Below are positions 26,235-33,007 of a stretch of DNA of 45,614 bases, piece by piece. The DNA is taken from assembly GCA_030017825.1 (NCBI GenBank), contig JASEGW010000001.1, positions 1 through 45,614 of the forward strand, read 5' to 3'. The translations under genes were made by a program, and so were the position numbers. The stretch's first letter is position 1; each line of letters opens with the position of its first letter. This stretch comes from a bacterium (GTDB lineage: Bacteria; UBA9089; JAHJRX01). Below the pieces are notes generated by a model. It did no database searches. It was not told the origin of the DNA and saw only the letters and a program-made list of their open reading frames with translations.

Positions 26235-26605
26235 TGTCTATCTTCCAACTTCATATGTGAAAGCCTCCACTCCAACAGATGAGCTGGCAAACCTACTATC
26301 TCTGCAACTTCCTCCATATACTTCTTCACTTCTTCAGTATTCTTAAAGTTAACGTAGTAAAAGCCATATTCATTTTTCCCACTTGGAAAGTGAAGCTGCA
26401 TAGGAATAAAATTTTTGTCAAGTATGGCTTGCGCCTCTGGAGTTTTTCCAGATATGAGGAGAACATTTTCCTGCTCTACTATCTGAACAGTCATCTCCTC
26501 TATAATGTCTTCGTTAGCCTTAACTAAGGTAACAAAAGCAGTTGCCACTCCAATCTTTTTAAAGTATTCTACTGTTTCTGGCTTGAAGACGTTTTCTGCT
26601 TTCAT
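26231..26605 (-). CDS. Hypothetical protein (124 aa)
   Basis: SD AAGGAGAG. Confidence 0.5.
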   Translation of the reverse strand: MKAENVFKPETVEYFKKIGVATAFVTLVKANEDIIEEMTVQIVEQENVLLISGKTPEAQAILDKNFIPMQLHFPSGKNEYGFYYVNFKNTEEVKKYMEEVAEIVGLPAHLLEWRLSHMKLEDRH

Positions 26606-26744
26606 GCTGCTCTCCTTTCTTATGTCTACTTACTGCATCATCAAACATCTTTAAGTTTCTGTTGTCAGTCTTCTTTGATATGATGCATCTTATTCCATTA
26701 TGAAGAGCGACTTCAATTCTCATTTTCTTTTTGATCTCTTTCAT
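26559..26744 (-). CDS. Possible small basic protein (61 aa)
   Basis: ATG 26744 has SD GGAAGGGG. It overlaps the next gene's start by 47 nt. The upstream part of the track ORF looks non-coding. Confidence 0.35.
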   Translation of the reverse strand: MKEIKKKMRIEVALHNGIRCIISKKTDNRNLKMFDDAVSRHKKGEQHESRKRLQARNSRIL

Positions 26745-26875
26745 ATATGCACCCCTTCCACTACTATAAGTGGCTCTCCTAATAAGAATAAGAGCATTGT
26801 TAACAAATATAGAATGGAAAGTACAGCCATTGTGAAACCAAGCCCAAAAAAGTATCCTTTTATAAAATCTTTCAT
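26741..26875 (-). CDS. Small hydrophobic membrane peptide (44 aa), below the ORF-track cutoff
   Basis: I translated it by hand: MKDFIKGYFFGLGFTMAVLSILYLLTMLLFLLGEPLIVVEGVHI. SD AAAGGAGGTG. Its stop overlaps the next ATG (ATGA). Confidence 0.5.
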   Translation of the reverse strand: MKDFIKGYFFGLGFTMAVLSILYLLTMLLFLLGEPLIVVEGVHI

Positions 26876-26887
26876 AACACACCTCCT

Positions 26888-27091
26888 TTATCCCATTAGT
26901 TTGATATACGCTTCCTTGAGGAAGGAGTATTTATAATACTGCCCCCTGCCAGGGCCTATTCCAACCCCAACCTCTCTATGACATGATAAGCACATATTAG
27001 CCCAAAAGCCAAGAGTAGTTTTTCCATCAACGTACTTAGTCAACTCCTGAGCCCTATATGTTTGACACCTTTTGAGCTCTGGATCGTCCAC
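26888..27091 (-). CDS. Early hypothetical protein (67 aa)
   Basis: A GTG start with SD GGGAGG lies 12 nt after palindrome copy 7. Confidence 0.5.
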   Translation of the reverse strand: MDDPELKRCQTYRAQELTKYVDGKTTLGFWANMCLSCHREVGVGIGPGRGQYYKYSFLKEAYIKLMG

Positions 27092-27100
27092 GTCGCCTCC

Positions 27101-27124
27101 CTTCGTTTAAAATTTTAAACACAG
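27101..27124. repeat. Palindromic intergenic motif, copy 7
   Basis: CTTCGTTTAAAATTTTAAACACAG, core 27104-27121. Confidence 0.9.
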
Positions 27125-27143
27125 TTGCCATATTTTCACGTCC

Positions 27144-27172
27144 ATTATATCAGAAATTTGATGGAATGTCAA
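27144..27172 (-). promoter_or_regulatory. Consensus sigma70-type promoter (TTGACA-17-TATAAT)
   Basis: Minus strand: TTGACA ttccatcaaatttctga TATAAT. It lies between palindrome copies 7 and 8. Confidence 0.75.
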
Positions 27173-27200
27173 GTCCTTATTTAATTTTATTTACGACTCC

Positions 27201-27224
27201 CCTTGTTTAAAGTTTTAAACAAAG
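27201..27224. repeat. Palindromic intergenic motif, copy 8 (CCTTGTTTAAAGTTTTAAACAAAG)
   Basis: Core 27204-27221, with one central mismatch. Confidence 0.85.
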
Positions 27225-27254
27225 CTAATGACTCTTTGGAGGGTCATTAGCTTT
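27221..27254 (-). terminator. Intrinsic terminator candidate after the gene at 27268..27495
   Basis: A 12-14 bp perfect stem (AAAGCTAATGAC / GTCATTAGCTTT). On the minus strand it is followed by UUUGUUUAAAACUUU, which is the arm of palindrome copy 8. Confidence 0.6.
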
Positions 27255-27267
27255 GGCTGGCTGTTAC

Positions 27268-27495
27268 TTAGAATCCTGCGAGCTTTTTGGCATTCTTGTT
27301 CCAGGCTCGCTTCCACTTAGGAAGCTCCTCTCGATCATTTGGCACGCTTGGTAAATTGAAGTATGGGTTAATAATATCTCCCACACCTTTTTCCCAGTAC
27401 ATTGCCAGCCTTACCAACTCCCTCATAACATCATCGTTTTGAGCAGCTTTGTAAGCCAGCTCTGCCAGCCTTCTCCTAACTATACTCTGCTTCAT
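27268..27495 (-). CDS. Hypothetical protein
   Basis: ATG 27495 has SD AGGGAGGTG. The track start is 27513. Confidence 0.5.
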   Translation of the reverse strand: MKQSIVRRRLAELAYKAAQNDDVMRELVRLAMYWEKGVGDIINPYFNLPSVPNDREELPKWKRAWNKNAKKLAGF

Positions 27496-27515
27496 TTCTT
27501 CACCTCCCTTCATTC

Positions 27516-27728
27516 TTATTCTAACTTCCTTTCTATATAGAAGATTCCTACTCCATCCTTTAATTCAAATCTCATTCGGTATTGACCACTACCAAAAAGG
27601 ATAACTTCATTAGCAGTCAATCTATTTATTAAGTTATCCTGCTTCTGTCTTGTCCTTACTCCTTTAGAAGTTAACCACTCCCTAAAACCAGGAGCGGTAT
27701 TAAATCCTGAAACATAAATCCATTCCAT
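27516..27728 (-). CDS. Hypothetical protein
   Basis: ATG 27728 has SD GGAAGGAGG. The track start is 27746. Confidence 0.5.
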   Translation of the reverse strand: MEWIYVSGFNTAPGFREWLTSKGVRTRQKQDNLINRLTANEVILFGSGQYRMRFELKDGVGIFYIERKLE

Positions 27729-27730
27729 CT

Positions 27731-27919
27731 TCAATCCTCCTTCCACTTTAATTCAACTCCCATTTTTTGAAAGTCTTCGAGAACTTTCCTTCGGGTTTCT
27801 TTAACTGTCGTTTCAACCCATTCAATTCGATTATCTCCGCAAGCGTGAGGCTTTGGGTTGTCATATTGCAGGAACCGAATATTCCCGCAGCCGATGCAAA
27901 CAGCCGGCTTTTGGTTCAT
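27731..27919 (-). CDS. Small Cys-containing (zinc-ribbon-like) protein
   Basis: CIGCG...HACG. SD AAGGAGGTG. Confidence 0.5.
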   Translation of the reverse strand: MNQKPAVCIGCGNIRFLQYDNPKPHACGDNRIEWVETTVKETRRKVLEDFQKMGVELKWKED

Positions 27920-27962
27920 CTAATTTTCACCTCCTTTTTTTATTCATTGAGGTTGCATTAAA

Positions 27963-28174
27963 CATGATACATGAAACATATAGGGGGGCCTCCGTTTCCA
28001 ATGTTTGTGAGCATAGTTACCAAGTGTATATGTATACTGTATATACACAGTATATATATATATATATATTCTTTTTTTTTATTTTTTTTTTAAAAGAAGA
28101 TATACCCATATACCCCGTAACTATGCTCACACGCATACGAAAACGGGGGGGGGGTCTATGTTTCATATATCATG
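27963..28174. repeat. Imperfect 58-nt inverted repeats flanking an AT-rich low-complexity core; origin candidate
   Basis: The arms are 27963-28020 and 28117-28174. They share CATGATA(C/T)ATGAAACATA and TGTGAGCATAGTTAC in inverted orientation. The core holds a TATACTGT/ACAGTATA hairpin, (TA)9 at 28051-28068, T9-A-T10 at 28072-28091 and G10 at 28145-28154. No credible ORF. Confidence 0.6.
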
Positions 28175-28250
28175 CATTATGCGCCATGCATTACTTTTTA
28201 TGTTGAAAGTCGCTTCAAATGGCAGGGTATCTCTGTTATACATGTCTGTG

Positions 28251-28625
28251 TTATTTGTCTGCTTCTGTGGCTTCTGCAGCTTCTATAGATGCCATTATCT
28301 GCTTCAGCAAGTCCTTCTGGGCATCCTTGTTTAGCTTTCTGACATCTTTAAATACGGCATCAACTGTGACAATTTTGGCTTCTCGAACTCCGATGGGCTT
28401 CACAATAATTCTGACCGTGGAGCCAAGTTCACGGAGTTTGTCATTATACCTCAGTGCATTCTGCTGCGTAATTCGCCGTGGCCTCAATGCGAGTTCGATT
28501 ACATCCTCAATCGTGCAACCTGATAAGTCGAACTCCATATCGAGTTTGACTGGCTCTTCGCCGTCGGGAGTGATGACGGCAGGCAATGACCTAACAACTC
28601 CCGTTAACTTTTCATTCAAGTTCAT
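28251..28625 (-). CDS. Isolated hypothetical protein (124 aa) in a G+C-richer island
   Basis: SD AAGGGAGG. It is the only gene between the inverted-repeat region and the divergent promoters. The antisense track ORF 28219..28644 is judged spurious. Confidence 0.55.
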   Translation of the reverse strand: MNLNEKLTGVVRSLPAVITPDGEEPVKLDMEFDLSGCTIEDVIELALRPRRITQQNALRYNDKLRELGSTVRIIVKPIGVREAKIVTVDAVFKDVRKLNKDAQKDLLKQIMASIEAAEATEADK

Positions 28626-28806
28626 GGTTGGTACCTCCCTTTGATTTTAAAGAGATACCCCTCCACGTCAAGCGACTTTCGGTTGGGCTCAGATATTTTT
28701 AGGTTTCGCTCAGAGGCAGCACGTCCATTCCATCATCTCCCTATAGTAATGTTCAAGGGATCATTCGGCTGCTTGCCTACTCCCTATTGTCATTGCATCA
28801 AATTGT
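28626..28806 (-). promoter_or_regulatory. Predicted ~180-nt 5' leader of the 124-aa gene
   Basis: It spans from the predicted transcription start, just downstream of the -10 element at 28813-28818, to ATG 28625. It has no ORF with an SD. It contains two TAGGGAG repeats and two CUGAGC repeats. Confidence 0.35.
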
Positions 28807-28812
28807 GACGGC

Positions 28813-28841
28813 ATCATACCATGGCTGAATTGAAAAGTCAA
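28813..28841 (-). promoter_or_regulatory. Strong sigma70-type promoter (TTGACT-17-TATGAT with TGn)
   Basis: Minus strand: TTGACT tttcaattcagccatgg TATGAT. Confidence 0.65.
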
Positions 28842-28953
28842 GGGTGGCCGGCCTGGGTGGGCATGGTACTCACGCCTCCAGCGCAACCGATAAAACAAGA
28901 TTTACAAACTTTTTAATGTGTACATTTTCGTACTATTCACCTGCGATTCATTT

Positions 28954-28982
28954 ATTATAACTCTGTTTAAAATTTTAAACAA
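28954..28982 (-). promoter_or_regulatory. Sigma70-type promoter whose -35 element and spacer are formed by palindrome copy 9 (TTGTTT-17-TATAAT)
   Basis: Minus strand: TTGTTT aaaattttaaacagagt TATAAT. Confidence 0.5.
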
Positions 28983-28984
28983 AG
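28961..28984. repeat. Palindromic intergenic motif, copy 9
   Basis: CTCTGTTTAAAATTTTAAACAAAG, core 28964-28981, located in the divergent control region. Confidence 0.9.
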
Positions 28985-29116
28985 CTGTATATATTTCTTA
29001 ATAGTGGAATAATATAGCTGCGCTGAATGTAGAAATATAGATATGAGGAAACCTAATGTGCATTCCTACTATTGAAAAAATTAGGGTTCTATCTAAGAAT
29101 GTACAACTTTTGCCTA

Positions 29117-29145
29117 TTGACTTCTTTAACCGAATGTGTTATAAT
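29117..29145 (+). promoter_or_regulatory. Near-consensus sigma70-type promoter for the rightward arm (TTGACT-17-TATAAT with TGn)
   Basis: TTGACT tctttaaccgaatgtgt TATAAT, 30 nt upstream of ATG 29175. Confidence 0.7.
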
Positions 29146-29174
29146 CCTAATATAATTAATATTGTGGGAGAGTT

Positions 29175-29759
29175 ATGAAGCCATCAGAAATGTTAGGGCT
29201 TAAAAAGTGTGTAGGTAAGAAATATGGAAAGTTAACTGTAGTAGGTTACTATCCATATCCAGATGGAAAAGGGCCCAGGTGGATTTGTAAGTGTAATTGT
29301 GGAAAAGATCATATTGTGAGAGCTATTTTTCTAAAAAGAGGAGATGTTAAGAGTTGCGGTTGTATAGCAAGTGAAAACGCTAAGCCACCAAAACTTGAAG
29401 TTGGAGAAGCAGCTAAAAATAGTACCTATTTACAGTATAAACTTCAAGCTGCTAAGAGAGATTTCGACTTTACACTAACATTTGAGGAATTTGTAAAACT
29501 GGTTTCATTATCTTGTTATTATTGTGGAAGACCACCCTCAAATATAAAGAGAGGACACAATGGAGACTTTATCTATCAAGGAATTGATAGAGAAAATAGT
29601 GAGATAGGATATACAAGAAGTAATTCAGTTCCTTGTTGTAAAACTTGCAATATGGCGAAAGGTACTATGAGTCATATAGAATTTATAGCTCATATTATAA
29701 GAATGTATAAATACTCAGTGGAAGATGTGAGGAGAGATGGATACTCGCTTCAATCATGA
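29175..29759 (+). CDS. HNH endonuclease with an N-terminal Cys-rich region
   Basis: KYGKLTVVG...WICKCNCG...SCGC, then CYYCGRPPSN...GIDREN...PCCKTCNMAK. Confidence 0.65.
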   Translation: MKPSEMLGLKKCVGKKYGKLTVVGYYPYPDGKGPRWICKCNCGKDHIVRAIFLKRGDVKSCGCIASENAKPPKLEVGEAAKNSTYLQYKLQAAKRDFDFTLTFEEFVKLVSLSCYYCGRPPSNIKRGHNGDFIYQGIDRENSEIGYTRSNSVPCCKTCNMAKGTMSHIEFIAHIIRMYKYSVEDVRRDGYSLQS

Positions 29760-30222
29760 GGGTAGAAGGTACCAAATACAGCGTCTATGGAATATCCATT
29801 ATGAGATAATGAGGCTGGCTCTCATTGGTAGGAAGGCAGCTGATATTGCCAGAGAGCTGGGCGTGACTGAAGTGATGGTTTCTTATACTCTCAATTCTGA
29901 GTTGGCAAAGCGCCGAATGGAAATTATGAGAGGGGTGAGGGATGCAGAGGCGCTTGATTTATCAATAGAGATCAAAAGGTTTGCACCTGAAGCTTTTAAG
30001 TTATTGAAAAAGGTGTTAAGAGAGTCAGATAGTGAAAAGAATAAAATTGTAGTCGCTCTTGATGTTCTTGATAGAGCTGGGTATGCTCCTCCGAAGGTTA
30101 TTGAAGGAAGGTTTATGCATGCTCACTTTACAGCTGAGGAGATTGAAGAAATGAAGAAGCGGTCTAAGGATTCTGGTCAGGTAGTAGTTGAAGGGGAACT
30201 GGTGGAGTCTAATTCTATTTAA
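29737..30222 (+). CDS. HTH DNA-binding protein; terminase small subunit candidate
   Basis: HTH sequence GRKAADIARELGVTEVMVSYTL, followed by the LDVLDRAGYAP pattern that is common in small terminases. It lies 2.8 kb from the large subunit gene, so the call is tentative. Confidence 0.4.
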   Translation: MDTRFNHEGRRYQIQRLWNIHYEIMRLALIGRKAADIARELGVTEVMVSYTLNSELAKRRMEIMRGVRDAEALDLSIEIKRFAPEAFKLLKKVLRESDSEKNKIVVALDVLDRAGYAPPKVIEGRFMHAHFTAEEIEEMKKRSKDSGQVVVEGELVESNSI

Positions 30223-30233
30223 TGGAGGTAGGT

Positions 30234-30692
30234 ATGCAGGGTAGTAAAAAAGTTTTAGTTAAGTTGGGGCAGTTTGATAGAGCATCTGCTGTTTTTAGAT
30301 CGCTAGTTGGGGAGAAGCTTCCTTTTAAAGCTTCTTATTGGCTGCGAAGAGATATTGATATAATCGGCAGGGTTTATCAACCTTTTCTTGATTCTAAGGC
30401 GATACTTTTCAAAGAGTTTGCAGAGCTGAATGAGGAAGGTAATGTTAAGCTTGATGAAACTGGGACGAATGTTAAACTGCTTGAAAACAAGAAAGAGGAG
30501 TTCTGGAAGCAATATATTGAGTTGGCAAACAAAGAAGTTGAAATTGAAGTCTATCCTTTAAAACTCGAGTGGTTTGACATAGCCACTAATTGTCCTCACT
30601 GTAAGAAATCTATTGAGGAGAAAAGAGTAGCAATTTCAGTTGAAGATTTAGTTGCCATTGACTTTCTTTTAGAGGAGGATGAAGATGCATAA
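30234..30692 (+). CDS. Hypothetical protein with a C-terminal CPHC motif
   Basis: ATG 30234 lies 5 nt after GGAGG. The track start is 30222. Confidence 0.5.
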   Translation: MQGSKKVLVKLGQFDRASAVFRSLVGEKLPFKASYWLRRDIDIIGRVYQPFLDSKAILFKEFAELNEEGNVKLDETGTNVKLLENKKEEFWKQYIELANKEVEIEVYPLKLEWFDIATNCPHCKKSIEEKRVAISVEDLVAIDFLLEEDEDA

Positions 30693-31341
30693 ATTTATTG
30701 GTAATCTCCTTCTAAGTATATTGATAGGTTTGGTAATTCTCAGTATTACCATCGGCAGTTCACATGCAAGTGGTGGATCGTGTCCATCTTTCAAAGCTGG
30801 ATCTGTAATCCTCCCTAAGGGAACACATATGGAAGGCAAAACTGTCTATATGTTGATTCGTGATATGGATTTTGAGAAGTTGAGGGATGATCTGGTAGCT
30901 CTTGACAACTATTCCTATAATACATTAGTAATTGATTTATATTCCTACGGCGGCTCTTTGTTTAACGCTATGGGAATGATTTCACTAATCTCAAAAGTAC
31001 AAGCAAATGGAAAGATTGTTGAGATTCGTGCAAAAGGTATAATTGCGTCTGCTGGCCTTCTTATATTGTTGAGTGGGAGTGAAGGCCATAGATTCATCGA
31101 CCGATATGCGCTTGTTATGTTTCACGAACTTTGGTCTTTGAAATTCTTTGCTATTGAGACTCCATCCTCAAAGGAAGATGAAGCCTTAGTTTATAGGAAG
31201 ATTCAAAACAACGTAAACTCTTATATAACTTCACGAAGCAAAATCACTCGTGAGGAGCTGGAGTTACGTATTCGTAATAAAGAGTTTTGGCTGACTGCAG
31301 ATGAAGCTGTAAAGTATGGATTTGCAGATAGGATAGACTAA
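30685..31341 (+). CDS. ClpP/S49-like serine protease with an N-terminal signal or TM segment
   Basis: GIIASAG (Ser nucleophile context) and LVMFHE (His). The N-terminus is hydrophobic. ATG 30685 lies 6 nt after AGAGGAGG. Confidence 0.6.
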   Translation: MHKFIGNLLLSILIGLVILSITIGSSHASGGSCPSFKAGSVILPKGTHMEGKTVYMLIRDMDFEKLRDDLVALDNYSYNTLVIDLYSYGGSLFNAMGMISLISKVQANGKIVEIRAKGIIASAGLLILLSGSEGHRFIDRYALVMFHELWSLKFFAIETPSSKEDEALVYRKIQNNVNSYITSRSKITREELELRIRNKEFWLTADEAVKYGFADRID

Positions 31342-31563
31342 ATGGAGTGTAAACCTCAAGTGAGTAAAGACACTTTCACAAACTTAAAAACGTCTGACGA
31401 TAAACTACATGTACTTTACGATATGCAGACTGTCACTATGGAATGTATTGAACATGTTAGTAAAGTCGTTGAGAAGCGAAAATACTTTGATAAGCTTTCT
31501 ACAGTGATAGGCGGTGTCGTTGGTGGTATCCTTGGCTCACTTGGGATTAAGGTAGGTACTTGA
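31342..31563 (+). CDS. Small protein with a C-terminal TM segment
   Basis: The tail reads VIGGVVGGILGSLGIKVG. Confidence 0.45.
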   Translation: MECKPQVSKDTFTNLKTSDDKLHVLYDMQTVTMECIEHVSKVVEKRKYFDKLSTVIGGVVGGILGSLGIKVGT

Positions 31564-31931
31564 AGGTGGGCAGACGTGAATCAATTGGACGTAAATCAAT
31601 GTTACATCCTAATCTAAGAGATATAGCTTGGGCGGCTGGCATTTTTGAAGGAGAGGGATGGGCTGGAACTAATGGTGCTTCTACTGCTATGGCTACAGTA
31701 ACACAAATTACGCAGTGGCTACCAATTAGACTCAAAATATTATTTGGGGGCGCTATTTATACTAAGCACTGCAGTGATTCCCTTAACCCTAGCTATTGTT
31801 GGCAGATCACTGGAAGTAGGGCTTTAGGATTTCTGCAAACTATCTACTATTTCTTGTCCCCAAAGAGACAATCAACTATTAAACATCTTTTAGCTGCCGC
31901 TAAGCTAGTAAGACTCGGAAAATGGAGATAA
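31560..31931 (+). CDS. LAGLIDADG-like homing endonuclease candidate (single motif)
   Basis: IAWAAGIFEGEGW resembles the LAGLIDADG helix. The product is only 123 aa and uses a TTG start after AAGGTAGG. Confidence 0.4.
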   Translation: MKVGRRESIGRKSMLHPNLRDIAWAAGIFEGEGWAGTNGASTAMATVTQITQWLPIRLKILFGGAIYTKHCSDSLNPSYCWQITGSRALGFLQTIYYFLSPKRQSTIKHLLAAAKLVRLGKWR

Positions 31932-31935
31932 AAGG

Positions 31936-32295
31936 TTGGGAAACTTGACACAAAATTTTAGTAGAAATGAATTTAGTTGTAAGTGCGGTTGCGGCCTCGA
32001 CAGCATCGATCTCGGATTAGTGGACATGCTACAATGTTCGAGAACTGCAACTGCACTTACATATGAAATTACTTCAGGCTGCAGATGTTTGAAATATAAT
32101 AAGGAAGTTGGTGGTAAACCTAGTTCGGCGCACTTAAGATGCAAGGCTGTTGATATTAAGTGTATAGGTTCGAGGATGAGATATATAATGGTCAAGGATC
32201 TTATAACAAGATTTAAAAGGATTGAAGTGAAGGATTCTTGGATTCATGTAGACATTGATTTAACACTTCCACAGGAAGTTTTGTTCTTAATTTAA
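31936..32295 (+). CDS. Peptidase M15 (zinc D-Ala-D-Ala carboxypeptidase type) endolysin
   Basis: FSRNEFSCKCGCG, SAHLRCKAVDI and WIHVD. It lies directly upstream of the holin. Confidence 0.75.
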   Translation: MGNLTQNFSRNEFSCKCGCGLDSIDLGLVDMLQCSRTATALTYEITSGCRCLKYNKEVGGKPSSAHLRCKAVDIKCIGSRMRYIMVKDLITRFKRIEVKDSWIHVDIDLTLPQEVLFLI

Positions 32296-32309
32296 AAAAG
32301 GGAGAATGT

Positions 32310-32726
32310 ATGTCTGGGTTTGATCCTATTACAGCCGGAATTAATGCAGTTGGTAGTATTATAGACAAGATATGGCCTGATAAAAATGAGGCTGAAAAAG
32401 CTAAAATTAAGTTAGCTGAATTAGCACAGGCAGGTGCACTTAAAGAATTAGACTTACTGTTGGGTCAGATTAAAGTTAATATTGAAGAAGCAAAGCATGA
32501 ATCAGTTTTTGTGGCTGGATGGAGGCCGTTTATAGGTTGGGTATGTGGTAGCGCTCTTGCTTACTATTATATAGTGCAGCCTTTTTTAATTTGGGCACTT
32601 AGCGTATTCAATATTAGAACAGAGATGCCAAAACTTGATATAGGCGAGTTGATAGTGATCCTGATTGGTATGTTAGGCCTTGGAGCATATCGTTCCTATG
32701 ACAAAGTTAGAGGGAATGGAAAGTGA
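32310..32726 (+). CDS. Holin (3-TM, gene-transfer-release type by eye)
   Basis: The N-terminus is amphipathic (IDKIWPDKNEAEKAKIKLAEL) and is followed by hydrophobic segments. SD AGGGAGA. Confidence 0.6.
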   Translation: MSGFDPITAGINAVGSIIDKIWPDKNEAEKAKIKLAELAQAGALKELDLLLGQIKVNIEEAKHESVFVAGWRPFIGWVCGSALAYYYIVQPFLIWALSVFNIRTEMPKLDIGELIVILIGMLGLGAYRSYDKVRGNGK

Positions 32727-33007
32727 AGACACTTGACATTGTCCATATAGTTTGGAGAGATGCATTAAGTAACTCTGTGTTTTGGGAGGATTTGGATGAT
32801 GTTGTAGATTCCCTCGAAACGGAAAGAGATTTAATGGAAACAGTTGGACAAATAGTTGAGGTTGATAAACGATATGTTACTATAGCACACTCAATGCATT
32901 ATGACAGCTCTGGAGCTATAGCAAAAGCTGGCGGAGTTCTTTCAATTCCAGTTGGGTGTGTTATTAAAATGAGGAAAATAAGTGGGCCAATTAAGCGAAA
33001 ACTTTGA
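32723..33007 (+). CDS. Hypothetical protein (94 aa)
   Basis: A GTG start overlaps the holin stop. No motif recognised. Confidence 0.45.
   Translation: MKTLDIVHIVWRDALSNSVFWEDLDDVVDSLETERDLMETVGQIVEVDKRYVTIAHSMHYDSSGAIAKAGGVLSIPVGCVIKMRKISGPIKRKL

Noticed and set aside
27963-28174. MITE-like miniature transposable element or telomere-resolution (protelomerase) site suggested by the 58-nt inverted arms.
   Set aside because: The flanking TGCATTA strings are not cleanly positioned target-site duplications. There is no second copy of the element and no transposase or protelomerase gene. The arms are separated by a 96-nt core rather than forming a continuous palindrome.
28219-28644. Plus-strand 141-aa track ORF, and many other antisense or out-of-frame track ORFs (for example 110..361, 862..1113, 5386..5679, 15220..15576, 18591..18908, 34488..34844, 36314..36718, 39913..40335, 44394..44702).
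   Set aside because: Each lies wholly inside a longer ORF on the other strand or in another frame, and that longer ORF has recognisable motifs or a strong SD. These candidates lack SD sequences and have low-complexity or repeat-driven translations. For instance, 36314..36718 is simply the 30-bp fibre repeat read out of frame.
28736-28747. ACTATAGGGAGA (minus strand), identical to the T7 promoter core, as evidence for a T7-type phage RNA polymerase promoter.
   Set aside because: There is only one occurrence. The upstream specificity region does not match T7, T3, SP6 or K11 promoters. No single-subunit RNAP gene is recognisable. The match is kept only as a note inside the island finding.
28645-29174. 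tRNA, tmRNA or CRISPR array in the long noncoding control region, and elsewhere in the genome.
   Set aside because: There is no GTTCRANYC-type T-loop with matching stems and no cloverleaf. There are no regularly spaced direct repeats with unique spacers. The only regularly repeated intergenic element is the dispersed palindrome.
30900-30925. TTGACA ... TATAAT strings inside the protease gene, and several other isolated TTGACA hexamers in the late arm.
   Set aside because: The spacer is only 8 nt here. At the other sites no acceptable -10 element lies 16-18 nt downstream, so they are unlikely to be functional promoters.
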